Source: Candidatus Giovannonibacteria bacterium (GTDB lineage Bacteria; Patescibacteriota; Minisyncoccia; UBA11713; 2-01-FULL-45-33). From it: 42,846 bases of DNA. The position numbers were made by a program, and so were the translations under genes. The stretch is taken from contig JAUYMO010000020.1 in NCBI GenBank assembly GCA_030699445.1, positions 1 through 42,846 on the forward strand, in the 5' to 3' direction. The notes under the pieces were generated by a model. That model did no database searches. It had not been told where the DNA came from and was given only the letters and a program-made list of their open reading frames with translations. Below, one piece after another: positions 35,624-42,846 of the stretch; the stretch's first letter is position 1; each line of letters opens with the position of its first letter.

Positions 35624-35627
35624 TTTT

Positions 35628-36575
35628 ATGAAGCCAACAATAGAATTTCGCAAAGATATTGTTTCCGGGGACTGGGTTTTGATTTCCACGGACATTCAAA
35701 AAAAACCCGTGTTTTTTAAACGCATTAAAACAAAACCGTTTCCCAAATCAAGATGTCCATTTGAAACAATTCAACAATCCAAAGACCGATGGGTTCATGT
35801 TTTCCCTAATAAATATCCGGTTGTCGCGCGCTCCAATATCTGCCCGCCATTGGAAAAATGCGGCATACACGAAAAAAAAATCGGCGTCGGGTTTCAGGAG
35901 GTAGTCGTGACCAGGTCCCACGAAAGGCATTTCGCGCTTATGACTCGGGATGAAATATGTTTGGTTTTGGAGGCCTACCAATCAAGATACCAGGCGCTGG
36001 CTAGCGAGCCATGCGTGGATTACATTTTAATAATTCACAATCACGGCTCGCGCGCCGGAGCCACCGTGCCCCATCCGCATTCCCAAGTTTTCGCGATTCC
36101 AATAATCCCACCGGACGTGAAAAGAAGCTTGGAGGGTTCGCATAATTATTTTCGCGCGCACAGGCGCTGCGTCCATTGTGATATTTTAAAGGATGAGCTT
36201 AAGGAAAAAGAGCGCACTATTTATCAAAACAAGCGTTTTGTGGTTTTGGCGCCTTATGCTTCGCGGGTCTCGTATGAAGTCAGGATATTCCCGAAATTCC
36301 ACGAGTCGCGTTTTGAAGTTATAGACCAGGCGCAAAGAAAAGATTTATCGGACGCGATGAGCTTTGTTTTCCAGAGAATTTTTAAAAAAAATAAAAATCC
36401 CGATTATAATTTTTTTATCCACACCGCTCCGCCGAAAGAGCGCCACGCCGAGCATTACCATTGGCACATGGAGATTTTGCCGAGGGCCGCAATTTGGGGC
36501 GGGTTGGAATTGGGCGCGGGGATTGACGTCGTCAAAATTTCTCCCGAAGAAACAGCTAAACTTTTAAGAAGATGA
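35628..36575 (+). CDS. galT: Galactose-1-phosphate uridylyltransferase family (HIT-like)
   Basis: CPFE, PNKYP, NHG..AGAT..HPHSQ, YHWH.EI.PR. Confidence 0.9.
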   Translation: MKPTIEFRKDIVSGDWVLISTDIQKKPVFFKRIKTKPFPKSRCPFETIQQSKDRWVHVFPNKYPVVARSNICPPLEKCGIHEKKIGVGFQEVVVTRSHERHFALMTRDEICLVLEAYQSRYQALASEPCVDYILIIHNHGSRAGATVPHPHSQVFAIPIIPPDVKRSLEGSHNYFRAHRRCVHCDILKDELKEKERTIYQNKRFVVLAPYASRVSYEVRIFPKFHESRFEVIDQAQRKDLSDAMSFVFQRIFKKNKNPDYNFFIHTAPPKERHAEHYHWHMEILPRAAIWGGLELGAGIDVVKISPEETAKLLRR

Positions 36576-37309
36576 AAAAAATAATTATTGCCAACTGGAA
36601 AATGAATCCGAAAACTCCGCGGGACGCTTCGCGTCTAGCCGACAAGATTGGGCGCGGAGTTAAAAATATCAAGAGTGTTGAGGTTGTTTTTGCCCCGCCA
36701 TTCATTCATATTCCCGCAATTTATAAATTTAAAACAGGAGCACAGGATTGTTTTTATGAAAAATCAGGAGCATACACGGGCGAGGTATCCCCTTTACAGC
36801 TTAAAGCTTGCGGCGTACGGCTTGTTATCGTTGGCCATTCGGAAAGAAGGGCGTTGGGAGAAACAAATGAAATCGTAAATAAAAAATTGAAAGCGGTTTT
36901 AGGAACGGGTATGCGGGCAATACTTTGCGTTGGGGAAGCGGAAAGGCAAAAGGAAATAGCGTTCCCAAAAATTATACGGGATGAACTTCATGAAGGGCTC
37001 TCGCGCATTAAAAAATCATTCTTCAGGAATTTGATTATTGCTTATGAGCCGATTTGGGCAATTGGAACGGGGCGGGCTGACACGCCAAAAAATGTTTATG
37101 AAATTACGACAATAATACGCAGGGAACTTTACCGCATGGTTGGAAAAAGAATCGCTTCCAAAATCCCGGTGCTCTACGGCGGTTCGGTGGATGACAAAAA
37201 TTCCTACGCTTTCGTAAAAGACGGCGCGGTTGACGGCTTGTTGGTCGGCGGAGCGAGCCTCAACGCGAATAAATTTGTAAAATTGGTTAAAGCGGTTGCC
37301 GGCTTATGA
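36572..37309 (+). CDS. tpiA: Triosephosphate isomerase
   Basis: ANWKMN, GHSERR, AYEPIWAIGTG, YGGSV, LVGGASL. Confidence 0.99.
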   Translation: MKKIIIANWKMNPKTPRDASRLADKIGRGVKNIKSVEVVFAPPFIHIPAIYKFKTGAQDCFYEKSGAYTGEVSPLQLKACGVRLVIVGHSERRALGETNEIVNKKLKAVLGTGMRAILCVGEAERQKEIAFPKIIRDELHEGLSRIKKSFFRNLIIAYEPIWAIGTGRADTPKNVYEITTIIRRELYRMVGKRIASKIPVLYGGSVDDKNSYAFVKDGAVDGLLVGGASLNANKFVKLVKAVAGL

Positions 37310-38340
37310 AACGAGTTCTTTTACGCGCCGATTTCAATGTTCCTCTCAAAAAAGGCAGAGTGGCCGACGATTTTAAAATACAAAAAACGATTCCAACCAT
37401 AAAAAAACTTTTGGCGGGAAATAATCAAATTTTTATTATTACCCACTTGGAAATTGACGGCAAAACGCCCAATTTAAATCCGGTAAAAATTGCGCTGGAG
37501 AAATTGCTTGGATTTAAAATAGGTTTCGCGCGAGGCAAGTTGCCGTTAAAACCAAAAAAGTTTTCCGAGCGCGTAGTGCTTTTGGATAATATCCGCTTAA
37601 ATCTAGGAGAGAAAAAAAACGATTTAGCTTTTGCCAAGCGTTTGGCTTTTTGGGGCGACTCTTATATCAATGACGCTTTTGCCGAATCCCACCGCAAGTA
37701 CGCTTCAATTGTTTTACTGCCCAAGTTTTTGCCTTATGAAGCCGGGCCGCTTTTAAAAAAAGAAATTAAACATCTTTCCAGATTTTTCAAGCCAAAGCAT
37801 CCATTTTTGGCGGTTATCGCCGGAAAAAAATTCGCGACCAAAGAACCGCTAATTTCAAGATTTTTAAAATCCGCCGACGCGGTGTTTGTCGGGGGCGCCA
37901 TCGGCAATACTTTTTTGGCCAGGCGCGGAATCGGTGTGGAAAAATCAAAAGTTGAGAACATAAAAATTCCAAAAAGCGTTGTTTGGAGCAATAAAATTTT
38001 ATTGCCGGGGGATTGGACGATGAAGCAAGGTTTGATTTTAGACGCGGGGCCGAAAACAGTAAAAACTTTGGGCGAGCTTGCCCAGGCGTCCAAATTTGTT
38101 TTATGGAACGGAACTCTAGGCATTTGTGAAAAAGGATTTATTTATGGGACAAAAACTTTTGCCAAAGAGCTTGGAAAATCCAAGGCGTATAAAGTTGTTG
38201 GCGGAGGAGATACGGTTGCCGCCATCCGGAAATTCAAACTGGAAAAAAACTTTGATTTTATTTCAACCGGCGGCGGCGCCATGCTGGAATTTCTGGCGAA
38301 AGGAACTCTTCCGGGGATTGAGGCATTGAAGAAAAAATAA
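37306..38340 (+). CDS. pgk: Phosphoglycerate kinase (compact)
   Basis: RADFNVP, NDAF..SHR, GGGDT, STGGGAMLEFL. Confidence 0.97.
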   Translation: MKRVLLRADFNVPLKKGRVADDFKIQKTIPTIKKLLAGNNQIFIITHLEIDGKTPNLNPVKIALEKLLGFKIGFARGKLPLKPKKFSERVVLLDNIRLNLGEKKNDLAFAKRLAFWGDSYINDAFAESHRKYASIVLLPKFLPYEAGPLLKKEIKHLSRFFKPKHPFLAVIAGKKFATKEPLISRFLKSADAVFVGGAIGNTFLARRGIGVEKSKVENIKIPKSVVWSNKILLPGDWTMKQGLILDAGPKTVKTLGELAQASKFVLWNGTLGICEKGFIYGTKTFAKELGKSKAYKVVGGGDTVAAIRKFKLEKNFDFISTGGGAMLEFLAKGTLPGIEALKKK

Positions 38341-38362
38341 AGTGCTATACTGACTTAATCTT

Positions 38363-39157
38363 ATGCGCTACGATAATGCGGAACATTTTAAAAAAGAAAA
38401 CGGCTACGAGGTGGACGGGGCGTGGTATCCGAGGGTTACCAGAATTTTGGAAGTGAAAGCCAAACCGGGGCTACAAGTTTTTTTTAAAGAAATGGGAAGC
38501 TTTGACGCCGCCGAAGACGTAAAAAATAAATCGGCAGAGGAGGGTTCCGCGGTTCACGAAGCGATTCAGAAGTTGCTTACCGGAAAAAAAGTTTCCGTGT
38601 CTCGCGATATTGAACCCGCCGTGAATAAATTTTTGGAATTTAACCAATTAAGGCAGATTTATTTTCACCCCGAGTATGTGGAGCGCCGGATTTGGTCGGG
38701 GCTCCATAAATACGCGGGAACGGTTGACGCGCTCGCCACCATAGACGGGAAATTCGGCGTTTTGGACATTAAAACCTCAACCGGATTTTTTCCGGAATAT
38801 AATCTCCAGACCGCGGCTTATATCCAGGCGCTTCAAGAATTGGAAATTAAAAAATCGCTGGCATTGCCGAAAGAAATCCAAACAAGATGGATTTTGCGGA
38901 TTAACCAGCACAAGGTTTGCAAAAAATGCAATTCAACGCTCCGCGAAAAAGGAGGGAGGAGCAAAGTCAGGAATGGTAGATCAAACGGCATGCCGCATTG
39001 TATAGAAGCAGAGCATGATTGGGGCGAGGCGGAGGGCGACGTGGAGCTCAAAGAATTTCCGTATTATTTCAGGGACGTCCGCGCGTTTTTAGCCGCCAAA
39101 ATTCTCTGGGAATGGGACAATGATTACTGGCTCCGCCAAATCGGATATTCAAGATGA
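38363..39157 (+). CDS. PD-(D/E)XK nuclease family protein
   Basis: PRVTRIL, GSAVH, YAGTVD, LDIKTS, Q..AY. Confidence 0.85.
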   Translation: MRYDNAEHFKKENGYEVDGAWYPRVTRILEVKAKPGLQVFFKEMGSFDAAEDVKNKSAEEGSAVHEAIQKLLTGKKVSVSRDIEPAVNKFLEFNQLRQIYFHPEYVERRIWSGLHKYAGTVDALATIDGKFGVLDIKTSTGFFPEYNLQTAAYIQALQELEIKKSLALPKEIQTRWILRINQHKVCKKCNSTLREKGGRSKVRNGRSNGMPHCIEAEHDWGEAEGDVELKEFPYYFRDVRAFLAAKILWEWDNDYWLRQIGYSR

Positions 39158-39999
39158 ACAAAAATAAAAACATCGTGGTTTTGTATCATAAAGGGTGCGA
39201 GGACGGCTTTGGCGCGGCCTGGGCGGCGTGGAAAAAATTTGGCGCGCGCGCGGAGTATATTGGAGTAAATCATGGCGATAAATTGCCCGCGGACTTAGCG
39301 CGAAAAGATATTTATATGGTTGATTTTACGTATCCCGCTAAGGAAATGCGGCGGCTTCTTAAGATTTGCAAAAAAGTTGTAGCTCTAGACCATCATGTTA
39401 GCTCAATGGCTGCTACAATGTTGGCGCATGATTATCGTTATAATATTAATCATTCCGGAGCCGGACTCGCTTGGAAATATTTTCATCCTAAAAAACCAAT
39501 TCCAAAGCTACTCAAATATATTGAGAATGTGGATATTTGGAAAATGTCTTTGCCCTATGTTTACGAAATCGCTGCATCGCTGGGCACTTATGAATTTGAA
39601 TTTTATTTATGGAATAAAATTGCCAAAGATTTTGAAAATACTAGAAGTTTAAATAAATATATTGAAGAGGGCAAGGCAATTTTGAAGTACAAAAATGTTC
39701 TTATAAAAAAAGCTTTAAAAGACGCGGAAGAAGTGAGATTTTTTGGCAAGCGCGCGCTCGCGGTTAATTTTGCGCTGGCTCTCAATTCCGATATTGGCGA
39801 CGCAATGCGCAAAAGGGGGTTTCAACTCGGAATTATTTGGCAAAAAAAGGGAGATAAATTGGTAGTAAGTTTACGTTCCACAAATAAAGTTGATTCGTCA
39901 AAAATTGCTATGAAGTTTGGCGGAGGCGGGCACAAAAAAGCGGCTGCATTTAGATTGCCAATTAACCAAAAATTCCCATGGAAAAAAATAAAAAAATAG
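39154..39999 (+). CDS. DHH/DHHA1 phosphoesterase
   Basis: YH..C.DG, VDF, LDHH, SLRS, GGGGHKKAA. Confidence 0.93.
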   Translation: MNKNKNIVVLYHKGCEDGFGAAWAAWKKFGARAEYIGVNHGDKLPADLARKDIYMVDFTYPAKEMRRLLKICKKVVALDHHVSSMAATMLAHDYRYNINHSGAGLAWKYFHPKKPIPKLLKYIENVDIWKMSLPYVYEIAASLGTYEFEFYLWNKIAKDFENTRSLNKYIEEGKAILKYKNVLIKKALKDAEEVRFFGKRALAVNFALALNSDIGDAMRKRGFQLGIIWQKKGDKLVVSLRSTNKVDSSKIAMKFGGGGHKKAAAFRLPINQKFPWKKIKK

Positions 40000-40565
40000 T
40001 TTTTATAATCCACGGTTGGTGGGGCTACCAGAAAGAAGGATGGTTTCCTTGGCTTAAAAAAGAGCTTGAAAAAAGAGGGTTTAGGGTTTTTGTTCCAAAA
40101 ATGCCGGAAACCGGCAAGCCAAAAATAAGCAGATGGGTTGGAAAACTCGCCAAAATTGTTAGGATGCAGTATAAAAATACTTATTTTGTCGGGCATAGCA
40201 TCGGCGCGCAGGCGATTATGAGATATTTGGAGAAATTGCCGAAAAGTAAAAAAATCGGTGGGGCTGTTTTCGTGGCCGGTTGGGTGAGTTTAACAAATCA
40301 AACTCCCGAAGAAAAACCGATTGCGAAACCTTGGTTGCGAACGCCATTAAATTTTAAAAAAATAAAAAATTCCGGCAATAAATTTGTCGCCATATTTTCA
40401 GATGGCGATCCTTATGTGCATTTTTCTAAAAATTCAAAAGTATTCAGACAAAAACTCGGCGCAAAAATTATTGTTCAGCATAAAAAAGGCCATTTTTCCG
40501 GAAGCGACGGCGTTAAAAAATTACCGGTAGTTTTGAATGAGTTGTTAAAAATAGTGAAGAAATAA
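39978..40565 (+). CDS. RBBP9/YdeN-family alpha/beta hydrolase
   Basis: IIHGW, WFPWL, GHSIG, SDGDPYV, GHF. Confidence 0.93.
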   Translation: MEKNKKIVFIIHGWWGYQKEGWFPWLKKELEKRGFRVFVPKMPETGKPKISRWVGKLAKIVRMQYKNTYFVGHSIGAQAIMRYLEKLPKSKKIGGAVFVAGWVSLTNQTPEEKPIAKPWLRTPLNFKKIKNSGNKFVAIFSDGDPYVHFSKNSKVFRQKLGAKIIVQHKKGHFSGSDGVKKLPVVLNELLKIVKK

Positions 40566-40568
40566 ATT

Positions 40569-41021
40569 ATGCCAAAAAAAGAAGCCGAAAAACTTATTGT
40601 CTATACTGACGGAGGGTCAAGGGGGAATCCGGGGCCGGCGGCGCTGGGAGTGGTGATTTTGGACGAAAAAGGGCGTGTGGTTAAAGAATACGGAGAAAAA
40701 CTTGGCGTAAAAACCAACAACGAGGCCGAATACGCCGCGGTGATATTCGCTTTAAAAAAAATCAAAGCGCTATTGGGAAAAGAAAAAACAAAAAAGATGG
40801 AAATTGCTTTTCGGATGGACAGCGAATTTGTGATGAAGCAGTTAAACGGAGAATATAAAATTGAAGAAGAAAGAATGTTTCCGCTTTTTGTTGCCGTGTG
40901 GAATTTAAAATTTGATTTTGGCAAAATAACTTTCAGCCATGTGCCCCGCGAAAAAAATCGCGAAGCCGACCGCTTGGTTAACGAAGCGCTGGATAAGGAA
41001 CAGGGCAGATTATGGCAGTAA
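40569..41021 (+). CDS. rnhA: Ribonuclease HI
   Basis: YTDGGSRGNPGPA, TNNEAEY, DSE, HVPREKNREADRL. Confidence 0.96.
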   Translation: MPKKEAEKLIVYTDGGSRGNPGPAALGVVILDEKGRVVKEYGEKLGVKTNNEAEYAAVIFALKKIKALLGKEKTKKMEIAFRMDSEFVMKQLNGEYKIEEERMFPLFVAVWNLKFDFGKITFSHVPREKNREADRLVNEALDKEQGRLWQ

Positions 41022-42409
41022 AGCACGTTCCGTATTTGCTGGTCGCGTTTTTATGCGGAGTTATGCTCCGCTCATTTTTTAATATTCCGCAAAATTGGAT
41101 TTTGGGAGTGTTGGGATTAACGGTGGGGATCGTAATTATTTTATATTTTTTTGCCGCGCCCTCCTCAACACTCGGTGTTGAATCTCAAAAAACACCGAGT
41201 GTTTTCCCGTGCGCGGCTTTGTTTATTATTTTATTTTTCCTCCTTGGCATATTCCGCTTTTCTATTTTTGAAAATAAAATTACGGCTGACCGGCTTCACG
41301 ATTATTACGGCCAAACACTTACTTTACAAGGTAAAGTATTATCGAGCGTTCTTAAACCGAATAGTTCCCGCATCATTTTAGAAACCAATCTGGGCAGGAT
41401 TTTAATAGTGAAAAGAATTTATCCGGAATATAAATACGGAGATGTTTTGGAAATTTCCGGAAAAGTAGCCGAGCCGGAGCCTTACGCCGGCTTTGACACG
41501 GCTAAATTTCTTGCAAAACAGCAGATTTATTCCCAGATGATTTTTCCGGAAATTAAAAAAATCGGCTACTCTCCCAATAAATTTTTAAATTCGCTATTTT
41601 TTATAAAAAATAAATTTGAAGAAAGCTTAAAAAATATTTTACCGGAACCGGAGGCCTCACTGGCTTCGGGAATGCTTTTGGGGATTGAGGGCGTAATCCC
41701 GCAAAATATTTTGGATAATTTCAGGAAAGCAGGCGTTATCCATATTTTGGTGCTTTCTGGCTACAATATCACGGTCGTGGGAGCGTTTATTATGGCTTTT
41801 TTGGGATTTATTTTGCCGGATTTTCTGGCTTGGGCCGGCTCGCTTTTGGGGATTTTAGCTTTTACTTTGATGACCGGAGGCGAGCCAGCCGCGGTACGCG
41901 CGGCGATTATGGCCGTAATCGGACTCGTGGCCCTGCGCACGGGCAGAAGCTACCTCGCGATACTCGGCCTTTTGTGGGCGGCCTTTTTCATGGCTTTTTG
42001 GAATCCGATGTATGTCCGGTTTGACAGGGGTTTCCGGCTTTCTTTTTTGGCGACTTTGGGGCTGATACTTTTTTCTTCCTGGTTTATTAAAAAACTTTGG
42101 TTTCTGCCGAAATTTTTGGGCATCCGCGAAGCGGCCGCATCCACGCTTTCAGCCCAAATTTTCGTGACGCCGCTTCTGCTTTCCTGGGGGAATCTGGTTT
42201 CTTATCTAAGCCCCTTAGCCAATGTTGTGATAGTCGGTTTTGTGCCGACAATTATGTTTTTTAGTTTTGTAGCCGGAATTTTGGGATTTTTTTCCAGTTT
42301 TTTGGGGACAACGCTGGCTTTGGTCCCTTATTTTTTGATAAAATTTCAGATTTTGGCCGCCCAATTTTTCGCTAGCATTGATTGGGCCATGATTTATTTT
42401 AATTTTTGA
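41012..42409 (+). CDS. comEC: ComEC/Rec2 competence protein (membrane part)
   Basis: G..HILVLSGYN, AVRAAIM, GF.LSFLATLG, ANV. Confidence 0.95.
   Translation: MAVKHVPYLLVAFLCGVMLRSFFNIPQNWILGVLGLTVGIVIILYFFAAPSSTLGVESQKTPSVFPCAALFIILFFLLGIFRFSIFENKITADRLHDYYGQTLTLQGKVLSSVLKPNSSRIILETNLGRILIVKRIYPEYKYGDVLEISGKVAEPEPYAGFDTAKFLAKQQIYSQMIFPEIKKIGYSPNKFLNSLFFIKNKFEESLKNILPEPEASLASGMLLGIEGVIPQNILDNFRKAGVIHILVLSGYNITVVGAFIMAFLGFILPDFLAWAGSLLGILAFTLMTGGEPAAVRAAIMAVIGLVALRTGRSYLAILGLLWAAFFMAFWNPMYVRFDRGFRLSFLATLGLILFSSWFIKKLWFLPKFLGIREAAASTLSAQIFVTPLLLSWGNLVSYLSPLANVVIVGFVPTIMFFSFVAGILGFFSSFLGTTLALVPYFLIKFQILAAQFFASIDWAMIYFNF
41160..41210 (+). repeat. 51-bp double-palindrome element (arm AACACTCGGTGTT), in frame in comEC
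   Basis: cctcctc-aacactcggtgtt-gaatctcaaaa-aacaccgagtgtt-ttcccgt, flanked by gccgcgc/gcgcggc. Confidence 0.9.
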
Positions 42410-42411
42410 AG

Positions 42412-42846
42412 ATGAAAAACTTTTTAAAGCTTCATAAAAATAAAATTTTATCCGGCGGGCTCTTATTTTTGGCGGCGCTCATGATGCTCGCCGGATTATA
42501 TATTTGGAGTTTGAAAAATAAACCGGAACTTCAAGTTTATTTTTTTGACGTGGGGCAGGGCGATTCTATTTTTATTGAAGCCAAGGATGGGACGCAGATT
42601 TTAATTGACGGCGGGCCCACAAATAAAATTCTCCCGCTTTTGGGCGGCGTTATGCCTTTTTATGACCACTCCATAGACGCCGTTGTTTCAACCCATCCGC
42701 ACGCCGACCATGTTTCTGGGCTGATTGATGTTTTAAAAAAATACAGCGTGGGAGAAGTGATAGAAAGCGGGGCAAGCTATAGCACGGCGGAAGCCAAAGA
42801 ATTTGAAAATCTGGTTTCGGAAAAACATATCAAAAAAATAATTATA
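42412..42846 (+). CDS. ComEC-type metallo-beta-lactamase domain protein (3'-truncated by window)
   Basis: FFDVGQGD, LIDGG, THPHADH. Confidence 0.93.
   Translation, partial: MKNFLKLHKNKILSGGLLFLAALMMLAGLYIWSLKNKPELQVYFFDVGQGDSIFIEAKDGTQILIDGGPTNKILPLLGGVMPFYDHSIDAVVSTHPHADHVSGLIDVLKKYSVGEVIESGASYSTAEAKEFENLVSEKHIKKIII

Noticed and set aside
38363-39157. Cas4 or prophage assignment for the PD-(D/E)XK nuclease
   Set aside because: It lacks the Cas4 four-Cys arrangement, and no CRISPR, cas or phage genes are nearby.

Overview
This is a core-genome window from a reduced bacterium, most likely Patescibacteria/CPR (Parcubacteria-like). That assignment is inferred from the absence of rpmD (L30) in spc, a split ComEC, and core genes lacking Shine-Dalgarno sites. 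The window carries holA-rpsT-uvrB, ruvA, murE, two tRNAs (Arg-CCG, Pro-GGG), mutM, rpmB, the str/S10/spc ribosomal clusters through secY-adk-map, galT-tpiA-pgk, several nucleases, rnhA and comEC. The unusual layer is non-genic. (1) At least two families of short palindromic elements sit in frame inside conserved proteins: a 21-bp CCTGCC..GGCAGG unit, and a 51-bp scaffold with interchangeable 13-bp palindromic arms placed at the centre of palindromic sites. A long hairpin also lies in L23, and a TIR-bounded MITE supplies the L6 start codon. (2) A TrpR-like gene has three ACTATGATATATCATAGT palindromes, two of which bracket a cargo methyltransferase. (3) The ribosomal operons are interrupted by cargo cassettes: TA modules, a Panacea antitoxin with an unknown partner, and an apparent orphan DGR target, with relic copies of the rplC 3' end. 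(4) Many genes have leaderless-type promoters. All product calls come from motif recognition by eye; no database search was run.
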